Origin: Anaerolineae bacterium
GTDB lineage: Bacteria; Chloroflexota; Anaerolineae; Aggregatilineales; J027
Assembly (NCBI GenBank): GCA_034437655.1
Contig: DAOTTU010000046.1
Location: forward strand, 55,115-119,114
Direction of reading: 5' to 3'
Length of the DNA: 64,000 nucleotides
Shown: piece after piece, positions 27,273 to 37,285 of the stretch
Layout: each line of letters begins with the position of its first letter
Numbering within the stretch: position 1 is the stretch's first letter
Notes under the pieces: generated by a model
The model's input: the letters and a program-made list of their open reading frames with translations, nothing else
Database searches by the model: none
Told to the model about the DNA's origin: nothing
Position numbers and translations under genes: made by a program

Positions 27273-29867
27273 CTACTCTGCGCGAATGGCCTCTACAGGT
27301 TGGATATGACTGGCCCGCCACGCCGGGTAAATGCCAGCCAGCAGTGCGGCAACAATTGACACCGCAAACGCCTGCAAAAAGAACTCCGCCCGCAGGTTGA
27401 GTTCTAACGCCCACCCAAAGCTGCGTAAATTGATGATGTAAATCAGAATCACGGAAAGCACCAACCCCACCGGCATCGCAACTACACCGGCAATCGTGCC
27501 CATAATCCCCGTTTCCCAGAAGGTGAGGCGGAACAACTGCCCGCGTGTGAGCCCGTTCGCCCGCATAATGCCGATTTCACGCCGCCGCTCGATTTGCAGG
27601 GCCATCAACGCGCTGAGAATACCGATAAAGGCCACCACTGTCGCCAGTAGATTCAACGCGCTGGTGATGGCAAAAGTGCGGTCGAAAACCTCAATTGCAC
27701 TGTCGCGCAACTCACGGTTTGACTGCACCAGCAAGCCCATGCCAGACAGCGCTTCGGTCATGCGTTGTTGCACGGCGTCAATGTCGGCGTCAGCTTCAAT
27801 ATAGGCGGCCAGACTGCTTATGCTGGTATCATTCCATTCTTCGCGATAGGTTTCTAAACCGATGAGTACCACACCCTCAATACTGGCGAAGTCTTGATAG
27901 ATGCCAAGTACCGAAAACTCCTCCGGGCCATCGTCTGTCACCAATTCCAGCGTCAGGTTGTCGTCCCACTCAATGTTGCGCGTGTTGGCAAAGACCTCTG
28001 AAATGAGCAAGCCACGCCCGTCAATCACCCGGTCGAAAATCTCGTCATAGCTGGCGTCAATGCTATCCGTAATGGTACGCTCCCCCTGTGAAATATCGCT
28101 CATGATGGCGTTGAGTTGCACATCGCGCTCAAATTCGGGTGATCTTACTTCTGCTACACGGACATAGGTCACACGCTCGACGCCTTCTACAGACTGTACC
28201 GTCCCAATAATGTCCTGTTCTAGCGGGATGGTCGCCAGGTCGCCTGTGGCGTTCGGTTGTGAGATGAATAGGTCAGCCGACAGCGTATCGAACAGCCAGT
28301 TCTGCACCGTGATGCGGAAGGAGCCGACCATTGTTGTCACGCCGATAATCACGCTGACGGAGAGCATTAGCGCGGTAATGGCAATGCTGGTGCGGCTCAG
28401 GTTGCGGAGGATGCTACGCGGTGCGATGCGCCCGACCAGACCACCGACTGCGCCCGTCACGGGTTGTATGACCTTTGCTAGAATGACCGTCGCCCACACC
28501 GTGAGCAGCGCCAGCCCGATGATGACTGCAAATACCGCGCCCAGGCTCACTACAAGGATTTCAATCGTTAGCAACAGTCCCCCGATAACCGCTGTTGCAA
28601 TACCAATTCCGGTGATATATGGCACCAGCTTGAGCATACGCTGTTCAAGGTCGCTGCGGCGGGTGGCGCTGGTGGGTGGTGTGTTGGTCGCTTCATAAGC
28701 GGGGAGGAGCGCCGCTAACAGAGCTGCCCCCACGCCAACCACTAAGCCCCGCAGCAAAATCCACGGCGTGACTCGCGTCTCGGAGACGTTCACCGTGAAG
28801 TAGGAGTCATTGACCGTCTGTGTTACGGCGTCCACCGTAAAGCGGCCGAGCAAAATGCCAAGCCCCAGCCCCAGCACCGAGCCAACGAATGCCAGCAAGG
28901 CCGCCTCTGACCAGATCAAAAAGAAGGTCTGCCGCCGTGTAACGCCGAGACTGCGCATAATGCCAAGCACCGGCCGCCGTTGTACAACACTGAACGTCAC
29001 AGTGTTATAGACAAGGAACATCCCCACAACGAGCGCCAACAAACTGAGCGCCGTCAGGTTGAGTTCAAAAGCGTCGGTCATTTCGGCGACAGCGTTGCTC
29101 CGTGTGGTCGTTGTTTGCACACTGAGCCCGGCGGGGAGGAGCGCTGCAATGTCGGACATTGCTTGCTGGCCGGCGGGTGTATCCTCATCAATGATGAGGT
29201 CGATAGCAGTCAGGCGGCCGCGCATGTCGAGTAATTCCTGGGCCGTGCTGATGTCGGTGATAAGCAGGCTTTGCAGCGCTTGTTGGGTGAGTTGGTCGTC
29301 GGGGTTCAGCAGCCCGATAATGGTAATGTCCTCACGGCGGTCGCCATATTGCACGCTGATGGTGTCGCCCGGCGAGATGTCGTATTGCTCGGCCAACTCG
29401 CTGCCGAGTAGGGCCGTATTCGGCTCAATCAGAAAACGTCCTAGCGCGACTAAATCAGCACCCGCCTCGGTGCTGCCGACGTCAATCGTGCCCTCTGCCG
29501 TAATGTAATTGCGGAAGGGAGCCTCAGCGAAGGGGTCAATGCCAAAAACGCGCAACGGCTGTTCGTTAAAATCTTCAACCAGCACAAAGTCGGTCACAAT
29601 TGGCGCGGTTTCTTGCCAGCCAACCTGCGTGCGGATGTCGCTGTAGACCTTCTCGCTGAAGCCACGCGGCCCACCCGAGATTTCGTGGGTAGCACGGCCG
29701 ACGATGGCCTCTGTGCTGAGGTCAAACGCGGTGCGGGCACTGTTGTTGGCAATGTCGATAGAGACCATCATCGCTACACCAATCATCACACCGATAATCA
29801 GTAGCAGGCTTTGTGTGAAGCGTCGCCGGACATGACGCAACATCACGCGAAATAATGAGACAGGCAT
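27273..29867 (-). CDS. FtsX/MacB-type ABC transporter permease (double-length, AttF/G-like)
   Basis: Two MacB periplasmic + FtsX TM modules ([15 protein letters not shown]; [13 protein letters not shown]). Confidence 0.88.
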   Translation of the reverse strand: MPVSLFRVMLRHVRRRFTQSLLLIIGVMIGVAMMVSIDIANNSARTAFDLSTEAIVGRATHEISGGPRGFSEKVYSDIRTQVGWQETAPIVTDFVLVEDFNEQPLRVFGIDPFAEAPFRNYITAEGTIDVGSTEAGADLVALGRFLIEPNTALLGSELAEQYDISPGDTISVQYGDRREDITIIGLLNPDDQLTQQALQSLLITDISTAQELLDMRGRLTAIDLIIDEDTPAGQQAMSDIAALLPAGLSVQTTTTRSNAVAEMTDAFELNLTALSLLALVVGMFLVYNTVTFSVVQRRPVLGIMRSLGVTRRQTFFLIWSEAALLAFVGSVLGLGLGILLGRFTVDAVTQTVNDSYFTVNVSETRVTPWILLRGLVVGVGAALLAALLPAYEATNTPPTSATRRSDLEQRMLKLVPYITGIGIATAVIGGLLLTIEILVVSLGAVFAVIIGLALLTVWATVILAKVIQPVTGAVGGLVGRIAPRSILRNLSRTSIAITALMLSVSVIIGVTTMVGSFRITVQNWLFDTLSADLFISQPNATGDLATIPLEQDIIGTVQSVEGVERVTYVRVAEVRSPEFERDVQLNAIMSDISQGERTITDSIDASYDEIFDRVIDGRGLLISEVFANTRNIEWDDNLTLELVTDDGPEEFSVLGIYQDFASIEGVVLIGLETYREEWNDTSISSLAAYIEADADIDAVQQRMTEALSGMGLLVQSNRELRDSAIEVFDRTFAITSALNLLATVVAFIGILSALMALQIERRREIGIMRANGLTRGQLFRLTFWETGIMGTIAGVVAMPVGLVLSVILIYIINLRSFGWALELNLRAEFFLQAFAVSIVAALLAGIYPAWRASHIQPVEAIRAE

Positions 29868-29914
29868 AGGGTTCTATAGCTCCTGGTGGTGTGGGCTAGG
29901 GGGAAGGTTCAGAT

Positions 29915-30667
29915 TTAGACGTTTTCGCTGACGCGCTCCGAAACACGGGCTTCCATCTCGGCACGCATTTTTGCACCCTGTTTGAGCGCGTTGGTGTCCT
30001 CGATGAGTTTGCCATCTTCAATGCGGAAGATACGGTCCGCCATTGGAATCACATCCATGCTGTGCGTGGCCATGATGAGCGTTTTGCCAGCATCGCGGGT
30101 CATTTCTAGCAACAAGCGCATCACATCATCGCTGGTGTGCTGGTCAAGATTCCCTGTCGGCTCGTCGGCCAGAATCAACAGCGGTTCGTGAACGATGGCG
30201 CGTGCAAGAGCGACACGTTGCTGCTGCCCACCTGACAGGCGATCTGGAAAAGAATCCCCGCGATCACCGATACCGACTTTTTGCAGCAGGTCTATGGCGC
30301 GTTGGTGAGCAACTTTGCGGGATTGACCCTGTAATTCAAAGGGCAACGCAATATTCTCGGCAACCGTTAGCGTGGGGATGAGGTTGAAAGATTGAAAGAC
30401 AATGCCAATGTTGTCACGCCGAAAGAGGGTGCGGTCGCGTTCGTTCAACCCGGTGATGTTGGTGCCCTGAATGAAGATGTCACCTGCGTCCGGACGATCA
30501 ACGCCGCTCATCAGGTTAAGCAATGTGCTTTTGCCACTGCCAGAAGGGCCGAGCAAGACTGCAAATTCGCCCTCGTAAAACTCGATGTCCACCGCATCCA
30601 GCACGCGACTTTCGCGGCCGGCCTCGGTATATGTTTTGGTGATGCCACGTGCTTCAACAAGTGTCAT
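29915..30667 (-). CDS. ABC transporter ATP-binding protein (LolD/AttE-like)
   Basis: [30 protein letters not shown]. Confidence 0.93.
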   Translation of the reverse strand: MTLVEARGITKTYTEAGRESRVLDAVDIEFYEGEFAVLLGPSGSGKSTLLNLMSGVDRPDAGDIFIQGTNITGLNERDRTLFRRDNIGIVFQSFNLIPTLTVAENIALPFELQGQSRKVAHQRAIDLLQKVGIGDRGDSFPDRLSGGQQQRVALARAIVHEPLLILADEPTGNLDQHTSDDVMRLLLEMTRDAGKTLIMATHSMDVIPMADRIFRIEDGKLIEDTNALKQGAKMRAEMEARVSERVSENV

Positions 30668-30802
30668 GCGGCCTGGTACTTTCTATGTTGTTTAGGGTTT
30701 TCTTTTGTAACAGTGATTGTACCGGGCCGGGAAGGGCGTGGTCAACGCGATTGTAATATTTCTCACAATGGGCTTAGTTGTTGTGGAGGACATGTTGCCC
30801 GG

Positions 30803-32185
30803 TTAGCTACCACCAAGCCAGTCTGCGTTGGCGGCGTCGGTGGCAAGGAGGCGCAGCTCTGCCGTTTCAAGGTCATACAGCCAGACCTCGGGCACAAAGT
30901 CGGCTGTTTGAAGCTCGTACCGTTGGAATAGCAACTGGTCTCCGCTGGGGCTCCAGGCGACATTGCTGTTGGTGAAGTTGGGTTCGGTCGTCACCTGCCG
31001 TGCTTCGCCTGTTTCGCGGTTGTAGAGCATGACATGGGAGCCCGTGCCGTATTCATCGGTGTTGATGAAGCGCCGCCGAAACGCCAGCCACTCGCCATCT
31101 GGTGACCAGACCGCCGCTTGGTCTTCCTCTGGTGATGTCAATAAAGCACGGTCGCTTATGCTGCTCTCGCTCCCATTATCAAGATTGACAGTAAGTATGT
31201 AGGGGTAAAACCACCCATCTTCGGTGCGGAGGTCGGTATAGGCGAGGGTGTTATCTTCAGGGTGGAAGCTCCACTGGTCGGCACGATCCGTTTCTACCAG
31301 CGAAACATCAAGGGTGTCCAGATTGATAATGCGTATGCCAGTGGAGTTTGAATCGTAAAAAGAAAGCAGGCTACCGTCATTATTCCACGTTGGGTCAAAG
31401 CCAAGCACCTGTGAATCTTCGAAGACTTCGCCCGTTTCATCCGTAGATAAGTCCCATAACCAGATACGCGGTGGGTTCATTGCACCTGTTTCAGTCGGGA
31501 ATTGGCGGGCATAGGCCAACAAATCTCCATTGGGTGACCACGAGGGCTGCCCACACACCCCCGGCTGGCAGTCGGTTAACTGTATCGTATCACGACCATC
31601 AGCACTGATTAACCAGATGTCTGCGCTGTTACGTTCCTCGTTGAACACAGTGACTGCAATGCGGCTTCCGTCCGGGCTGGGGGCAAACTGAAAGATGCCG
31701 TTTTCAGGCGCAAAAACCTCACGCGCTGCGCTACCATCACTATTGACTGCCCACAATGAACGAAGCTGGCTGTTGGCAGGGGCAAGGTAATACACGGTTG
31801 TCACCTGTGTCCGAAACCGTACATCTACGGATTCCACGAGGCGACGGCCGGTCAGGCTACGCGCCGACTCACCCAGACGAAAGACGTATTCTTCGCCTGG
31901 AATCAGCGGTAGGTCGGGCGTAAAGATCATGGTGTTGATGCGCCAGCGGATGGTGCCTTCAAGGTCGGGTTCAATTTCGAAGGCGTCGGCAACACTATCG
32001 CGATCCATTGGCTGAGCAAATGTGATGCGGATGTCGGTGGAGGTGGCGACCATTGCGCCATCTGTTGGGGAAAAGTCTTCCACATGTGCCCCAACGTTGT
32101 CACCAAGCGCGATAACGCCGCCGAGGACCAGTAACAACAGCCCGACGACACCCAGCATGTAACGATCAAAAGGATCAATGCGCAT
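30803..32185 (-). CDS. Membrane-anchored Big_5 (Ig-like) + TolB/PD40 beta-propeller protein
   Basis: N-terminal TM helix; Ig-like FSP.DG....ITFAQPMD..SV...F.IEP; repeated SPDG/WSPNG/WSPDG/WSPSG propeller blades. Confidence 0.82.
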   Translation of the reverse strand: MRIDPFDRYMLGVVGLLLLVLGGVIALGDNVGAHVEDFSPTDGAMVATSTDIRITFAQPMDRDSVADAFEIEPDLEGTIRWRINTMIFTPDLPLIPGEEYVFRLGESARSLTGRRLVESVDVRFRTQVTTVYYLAPANSQLRSLWAVNSDGSAAREVFAPENGIFQFAPSPDGSRIAVTVFNEERNSADIWLISADGRDTIQLTDCQPGVCGQPSWSPNGDLLAYARQFPTETGAMNPPRIWLWDLSTDETGEVFEDSQVLGFDPTWNNDGSLLSFYDSNSTGIRIINLDTLDVSLVETDRADQWSFHPEDNTLAYTDLRTEDGWFYPYILTVNLDNGSESSISDRALLTSPEEDQAAVWSPDGEWLAFRRRFINTDEYGTGSHVMLYNRETGEARQVTTEPNFTNSNVAWSPSGDQLLFQRYELQTADFVPEVWLYDLETAELRLLATDAANADWLGGS

Positions 32186-32211
32186 AGCAGTTATTCGTTA
32201 CTCGCTATCGG

Positions 32212-32958
32212 TTATTGATAGAGGTACGGTTGTGCAGGCTGTTCAACAGGTGTGACAGACTCGGCATAGAGAATAGGAATAATGCTGCCGTCAAACTCTG
32301 TTTCTTCGAAGGTGCCTTCAATGCGTACCCACGTATCAAGTGCAAAGTCGTCACCGCCCTCAAAATTTACCACCAAACCCACCGCCAACGCATCGGCAAC
32401 GCAGCAACTCAGCGTGAAGCGTGTCACCATAAACTGATTCTCAGCGAAGCGTGAATCACGGAATACAAAACCGACAACGTTTGCTTCTTCGCCATCGAAT
32501 TCAGAGGGTTCAGGACTACTGGCGATGGCACGGGCCCAGTCGAGGACGTTGCGTTCGCTGGCGACAATCGTCAGGCTTTTGCTACCCGCTGAACTCAGTG
32601 AGACAGAAGTGAAGGTTGTATCAACGCCGCGTGTACCAATCGCGTCTGCACCAAGCGGCCGGGCGGGGATGACCAAGCCCAGGAACAACGGTACGGCTGC
32701 AATCAGAATCGACCATGTACTCACCCGTGTATGTTCTTCTTCGGGAACATCATCTTGCATGCCTTCGTTATCGTCACCGCCGGCCAGATGCCCTATCGCC
32801 ATTAACCCAAAAAGCACAATTGCAACGACAGAAAGCCACTGGAAGCTGTTGTCAATATATAGCGCCCAGCGGCCCGACAACACTACAAAGGCGAAATAGC
32901 CACTGAACGTGGCCAGAACCAGAAGCCGATAGAAGTTTTTGTTACGGAGAATGTTCAT
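32212..32958 (-). CDS. TIGR03943/YcgQ (DUF1980) family membrane protein
   Basis: Three TM helices, LYI, then GFV..D, RFTLSCCVADA and WVRIEG motifs. Confidence 0.85.
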   Translation of the reverse strand: MNILRNKNFYRLLVLATFSGYFAFVVLSGRWALYIDNSFQWLSVVAIVLFGLMAIGHLAGGDDNEGMQDDVPEEEHTRVSTWSILIAAVPLFLGLVIPARPLGADAIGTRGVDTTFTSVSLSSAGSKSLTIVASERNVLDWARAIASSPEPSEFDGEEANVVGFVFRDSRFAENQFMVTRFTLSCCVADALAVGLVVNFEGGDDFALDTWVRIEGTFEETEFDGSIIPILYAESVTPVEQPAQPYLYQ

Positions 32959-32993
32959 TAAGGTTGCCCTTTTATCTTCACGATAGCTGGTCG

Positions 32994-33956
32994 CTACAGA
33001 TCAATGTTGAGGTTGATAAAAACGGTCACGACAAGCACACTTAAGAATGCCATTGAGATGATATAGAACACCACATTGCGCCGAAAAACGTTCAAGTACA
33101 TCAGCGTGCTTTTGATGTCTGCCATCGGGCCAAACACCAGAAAGCCCAGAATAGAGCCCGTGGAGAAGGTGTTTACGAACGATAGCGAAATGAAGGAGTC
33201 CACTGTTGAGCAAACGGACAGCACAAAAGCCAGCACCTGCATAAACACAACTGAGGTCACCGGGTTGCTGCCTAATGACAGAATATCATCCTGCGACACA
33301 AATGTCTGCATCAGTGCCGCCAGCACAGAACCGAGGATGAGATATTTGCCCATTTCAAAAAATTCATTGCTCGAGATGCGAGTGGCCTGACGCAATTGCA
33401 CGAGTAAGGATGGCTTCTGTCCCTTCTGGTCAGGCACTTCAATGGCGTCGAAGCGGTCCACGTCTGAAAAATCAGTAGAAGCGCCGCTCATGACGGGGGC
33501 TTGTTGGGCATAACTGCGTGGCAACAACAGGCGTGCAGGGGTGGCCCCCAGTGCAAACACCAGCCCGATAAACACCGGAATACTCAAGCCCAGAGCGAAA
33601 CGCAAGAACAACACATCGCTGATGCCATAGGCGGCATAAGTCGCAGCGAGGGCAATCGGGTTAATTGTTGGGGCTGCCAGCAAAAACGCGATCCCCGCTG
33701 AGACCGGGAAGCCTTTGCGAAACAGACGCCGTGTAAGCGGCACAACGCCGCATTCACATACCGGGAAGGCAAAACCGAGCATGCCTCCCATCAAGGTTGA
33801 GGGAAACATCCCTTTTGGGATAATGCGGGCCATATCATCACGGCTGATAAAGACTTCAACAAAACCGGAGGCAAACGTGCCCAGCAGCAAAAACGGGGCT
33901 GCTTCAATAAAAATGCCCAGAAAGACGGTCGTGAAGATATAGACTTCATTGGGCAT
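32994..33956 (-). CDS. DUF318/YcgR family predicted permease
   Basis: IFIEAAPFLLLG, FPVCECGVVP, FLLAAPTINP, LSVCSTVD, FLVFGPMADIK. ATG 33956. Confidence 0.88.
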   Translation of the reverse strand: MPNEVYIFTTVFLGIFIEAAPFLLLGTFASGFVEVFISRDDMARIIPKGMFPSTLMGGMLGFAFPVCECGVVPLTRRLFRKGFPVSAGIAFLLAAPTINPIALAATYAAYGISDVLFLRFALGLSIPVFIGLVFALGATPARLLLPRSYAQQAPVMSGASTDFSDVDRFDAIEVPDQKGQKPSLLVQLRQATRISSNEFFEMGKYLILGSVLAALMQTFVSQDDILSLGSNPVTSVVFMQVLAFVLSVCSTVDSFISLSFVNTFSTGSILGFLVFGPMADIKSTLMYLNVFRRNVVFYIISMAFLSVLVVTVFINLNIDL

Positions 33957-34211
33957 GAAAGACTCCCACATTGAATGAATAATTTAACGACTTCATGATA
34001 ACGAGTGCATATGCTACATTCAAGCGCGTTTGCACTACGATCACCACACCCTAACGTACACTATGGTTTCAGAAGAGCCGCACTTTCGGAGGCAAACAAT
34101 TATTTTTGTGGACATTCGACAACTGATTTCTCCGACAAAATACGCTATAGTGGCGTCTGATGAAAGTTAAGTGAAAGGTATTGCCAGCACAACAAAAAAA
34201 TCGAGAGTATT

Positions 34212-34445
34212 AGCGCAAGGCCCGCCGATGCAAAAGCCATCTACAGGTGGCGGGTGACGAGGTGACGGTTCCTGCCGTGGGGCAGTGTTAACCCTGTTGG
34301 GATACGGAACACCATACAGGGAAAAATCGAGGAATCAGCGGATGCCGTCGAGGTTGCCACATCACAACCTCCATACTCTCCCTACAAAACTCAACACGGG
34401 TAGCAAAATCCTCAGTAATGAGACCACAAGCCCCTGTGATGATGT
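34212..34445 (+). ncRNA. glmS riboswitch-ribozyme (GlcN6P-activated self-cleaving RNA) with a core insertion
   Basis: Conserved A/GCGC cleavage context at 34212/34213; P1 GCCCGCC/GGCGGGT; GACGAGG 34256-34262; P2 GACGG 34264-34268 / CCGTC 34345-34349; ATCGA..CAGCGG..ATGC core; P3 GAGGTTG/CAACCTC; pseudoknot ACATCA 34359-34364 / TGATGT 34440-34445; GNRA hairpin CTCA-GTAA-TGAG 34411-34422; lies directly 5' of glmS. Confidence 0.92.
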
Positions 34446-34499
34446 CAGTTTGTCCACAAACCATTTTATAATTCTATATAACACCAGGAGAGACACAAC

Positions 34500-36347
34500 A
34501 TGTGTGGTATCGTTGGCTATACTGGCACGCGCAATGCATCCCCGCTTATTTTGACCGGGCTCCAACATCTTGAATATCGTGGTTATGATTCTGCGGGAGT
34601 GGCAGTGTTGGAGCAAAATGGTAGTATCAAGCTCCACCGCGAAGTTGGTAAGCTCATCAATCTCAAAAATAAAGTCGATGCACACCCCATCATCGGGCAC
34701 ATGGGTATTGGTCACACCCGTTGGGCCACGCATGGCGAACCTAGCGAACGTAACTCGCATCCGCACGCCAGCATGGACGGTTCAACAGTTGTAGTCCATA
34801 ACGGCATTATTGAGAATTTCATGGAGTTGCGCGAGGAACTCCAGGCAGAAGGGGTTGAATTTACCTCTGATACAGATACAGAGGTCGCGGTGCATCTCAT
34901 CGAACGCTATCTGGCGACGGGCGTAAACTTGACTGATGCTGTGCGCAAGGCTGTGCAACATTTGTCTGGAGCCAGTGCCATCGTTGTAATGAGCGTCCAT
35001 GAACCCGGGACGCTGGTTGCGGTGCGCCTCGGGAATGCGGGGGGCGTTGCGGTTGGTATCGGGGAAGATGAGATGTTTGTAGCGTCAGACATCCCCGCGA
35101 TCCTGGAACATACGCGCCGCATTGCCTTCCTCGAAAATCGCCAGATGGTGACGGTTACAGCACACGGATATTCCGCGATGTGGGTAGACACTGCAACCCC
35201 GATTGAGCCCGAGGTCCACGTTATTTCATGGGACCCGGTCAGTGCGGCGAAGGGTGAGTACCGCCACTTCATGCAAAAAGAAATCTTTGAGCAAGCCCGT
35301 ACACTGACCGACACCATGCGCGGCCGCATTGATTTCCACACTGGTGAGGTTAAGCTAGATACCTTGCCGCTTACGGTAGAAGAAGCACGAAGCATCGCTC
35401 GTATTGTAACGGTCGCCTGTGGCACCAGTTTCTATTCGGGGCAAGTTGGTAAGTTTGTGATTGAACGGCTGGCACGCATTCCCGTTGAGGTTGATTATGG
35501 TAGTGAGTATCGCTATCGTAATCCGATTCTTCAAGACGATGATGTTGTTCTGGCGATTACACAGAGCGGTGAAACCGTCGATACCCTCGCGGCCATGGAA
35601 GCTGCACAGGAACGTGGGATTCGGCGTTGGAGTATTGTCAACGCGATTGGTAGCCAGGCGATGCGTATTGCGGACGGTTATATCGGGATGCAAGTTGGCC
35701 CCGAAATTGGTGTGGCGTCCACAAAAGCCTACACAGCTAGCATTGTTGACCAGATCCTGCTTGGCCTATATCTGGGTAAATTGCGCGGCACACTCAGCCC
35801 CGAAGAACAGAGCCGTTATGGACAAGAACTGGCGCATTTACCCGAACTTGTCAGCGAGGTGCTGGACCGTGACCGTGAATTTCATGATCTGGCTTATGAA
35901 TTGCAGCACTACAGCAATTTTCTCTATCTCGGGCGCGGCATGAACTACCCCACAGCACTGGAAGGGGCTCTCAAGCTCAAGGAAATCAGCTATATTCATG
36001 CCGAAGGCTACCCGGCTGGCGAAATGAAGCATGGCCCTATCGCCTTGATTGATGAGAACATGCCAGTGGTAACCATTGCCTTGCAAGATTCGCTCTATGA
36101 AAAGATGGTCAGCCAGATTGAGCAGGCGAAAGCACGCGGTGGAATTGTGATTGCGGTGGCGACCGAGGGCGATGAAGACATCCGTGAATTGGTAGACCAC
36201 GTGATTTACGTACCACCTATGCCAGAGCTGCTCAGCCCGGTGGTGGCCGTGTTGCCCTTGCAACTGTTGGCGTATCACATCGCAGTGTGGCGTGGTGCTG
36301 ACGTTGACCAACCGCGCAACCTTGCCAAGAGTGTAACGGTGGAATAA
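34500..36347 (+). CDS. glmS: Glutamine-fructose-6-phosphate aminotransferase (isomerizing)
   Basis: MCGIVG N-terminal Cys, EYRGYDSAG, GHTRWATHG, HNGIIEN, SDTDTEV, TQSGET, VASTKAY, EMKHGP, DVDQPRNLAKSVTVE. Confidence 0.98.
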   Translation: MCGIVGYTGTRNASPLILTGLQHLEYRGYDSAGVAVLEQNGSIKLHREVGKLINLKNKVDAHPIIGHMGIGHTRWATHGEPSERNSHPHASMDGSTVVVHNGIIENFMELREELQAEGVEFTSDTDTEVAVHLIERYLATGVNLTDAVRKAVQHLSGASAIVVMSVHEPGTLVAVRLGNAGGVAVGIGEDEMFVASDIPAILEHTRRIAFLENRQMVTVTAHGYSAMWVDTATPIEPEVHVISWDPVSAAKGEYRHFMQKEIFEQARTLTDTMRGRIDFHTGEVKLDTLPLTVEEARSIARIVTVACGTSFYSGQVGKFVIERLARIPVEVDYGSEYRYRNPILQDDDVVLAITQSGETVDTLAAMEAAQERGIRRWSIVNAIGSQAMRIADGYIGMQVGPEIGVASTKAYTASIVDQILLGLYLGKLRGTLSPEEQSRYGQELAHLPELVSEVLDRDREFHDLAYELQHYSNFLYLGRGMNYPTALEGALKLKEISYIHAEGYPAGEMKHGPIALIDENMPVVTIALQDSLYEKMVSQIEQAKARGGIVIAVATEGDEDIRELVDHVIYVPPMPELLSPVVAVLPLQLLAYHIAVWRGADVDQPRNLAKSVTVE

Positions 36348-36383
36348 CACCGCATCTGTATCTATTCAACGCCGCGCTGGCCG

Positions 36384-36392
36384 TGGTATACT
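36384..36392 (+). promoter_or_regulatory. Extended -10 promoter element of the tRNA
   Basis: TGgTATACT ending 13 nt before the tRNA 5' end. Confidence 0.6.
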
Positions 36393-36405
36393 GTTGAGCG
36401 AAATA

Positions 36406-36478
36406 GGGCCCATAGCTCAATGGTTAGAGCAGTCGGCTCATAACCGATTGGTTGGGGGTTCGAGTCCCTCTGGGCCCA
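36406..36478 (+). tRNA. tRNA with CAT anticodon, most likely tRNA-Ile2 (lysidine-modified); CCA end not encoded
   Basis: Acceptor stem GGGCCCA/TGGGCCC, D-arm AGCTCAATGGTTAGAGC, anticodon loop CTCATAA (CAT 36439-36441), T-loop GGTTCGAGTCC. The G1-C72 pair excludes initiator tRNA; the acceptor and anticodon stems resemble known Ile2 tRNAs. Confidence 0.92.
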
Positions 36479-36493
36479 TATCAGCACGACAAC

Positions 36494-36521
36494 AAGCAAG
36501 CCTTATCGGGTTTGCTTTTTT
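36494..36521 (+). terminator. Intrinsic terminator after the tRNA
   Basis: AAGCAAGCC-(TTATCG)-GGTTTGCTT stem followed by a T run. Confidence 0.75.
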
Positions 36522-36587
36522 GTTATTTCACGGGCGCAGTGGGATGCTATACTGTTCAAAACGAGTCATATATATGGAGGTAGAAGT

Positions 36588-36905
36588 ATGACAGTTGACG
36601 ACATTCTTGAGCAGGTGAAAGCCCTTTCGCCAGAAGAACGGGAAGAATTGGTGCGGCGGTTAGAGGAATTGCCCATAGAACACGAAGCGTTGTACGATGC
36701 GACTGGTTCTGAGAAACCCGAGCATTGGGGCAAATCATTGGCAGAAATTATGGATGAAATTGGACCTATCGAATTGAAATATCCGGAAATAGAAGACCCC
36801 GTTGAATGGGTCAAACGGTTGCGTGCTGATGAACGCAAAAGACGGCTCGGTGATCTAGATAATTGGGCCGAAAGTGACAATAGTGATCTGGAAGAGACAG
36901 AATGA
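36588..36905 (+). CDS. Putative antitoxin (acidic, upstream of and coupled to a PIN toxin)
   Basis: 105-aa acidic protein with a GGAGG SD, a TGcTATACT element at 36545-36553 and an ATGA overlap with the PIN gene. Confidence 0.7.
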   Translation: MTVDDILEQVKALSPEEREELVRRLEELPIEHEALYDATGSEKPEHWGKSLAEIMDEIGPIELKYPEIEDPVEWVKRLRADERKRRLGDLDNWAESDNSDLEETE

Positions 36906-37285
36906 CACCAGGTATTGTGGATACAACGGTCATCTTGCACTATTTTCGTAATTACCAGCCGGCTCGTAACTGGGTAGATGCAAATTCACAAGCCCTTTCA
37001 GTAACCACAATCACCTGGTTGGAAGTGATGATGGGGGCTAGCAATAAGGCGAATCAAGCTGAATCGCGCCGAATTTTGAGCAAGTTTCAGCTCATCTACC
37101 TCACAGCCTCGGATCAACAATGGGCAATGCAACGCCTTGACGAATTTCAATTTAGCCATCACATTGGCATGAACGATTGTCTTATCGCTGCGGTTGCCCA
37201 TCGTCGCCAGTTGTCCCTCTACACCCATAATCTTAAAGACATGCAGCCGATGATCAGTGAATTGGCTGTCAAACCTTACCCCTAA
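36902..37285 (+). CDS. vapC: PIN-domain (VapC-like) toxin
   Basis: IVDTTVIL, TITWLEV, NDCLIAA.A, LYTHN.KD: the PIN acidic residues are present. Confidence 0.88.
   Translation: MTPGIVDTTVILHYFRNYQPARNWVDANSQALSVTTITWLEVMMGASNKANQAESRRILSKFQLIYLTASDQQWAMQRLDEFQFSHHIGMNDCLIAAVAHRRQLSLYTHNLKDMQPMISELAVKPYP

Noticed and set aside
33957-34200. Possible Zur/Fur box upstream of the permease operon
   Set aside because: No convincing AT-rich GATAATnATTATC-type palindrome was found by eye.
36406-36478. tRNA-Met assignment
   Set aside because: The G1-C72 pair excludes initiator tRNA and the stems resemble Ile2 tRNAs more than elongator Met. Not fully excluded; tRNAscan-SE isotype models would decide.
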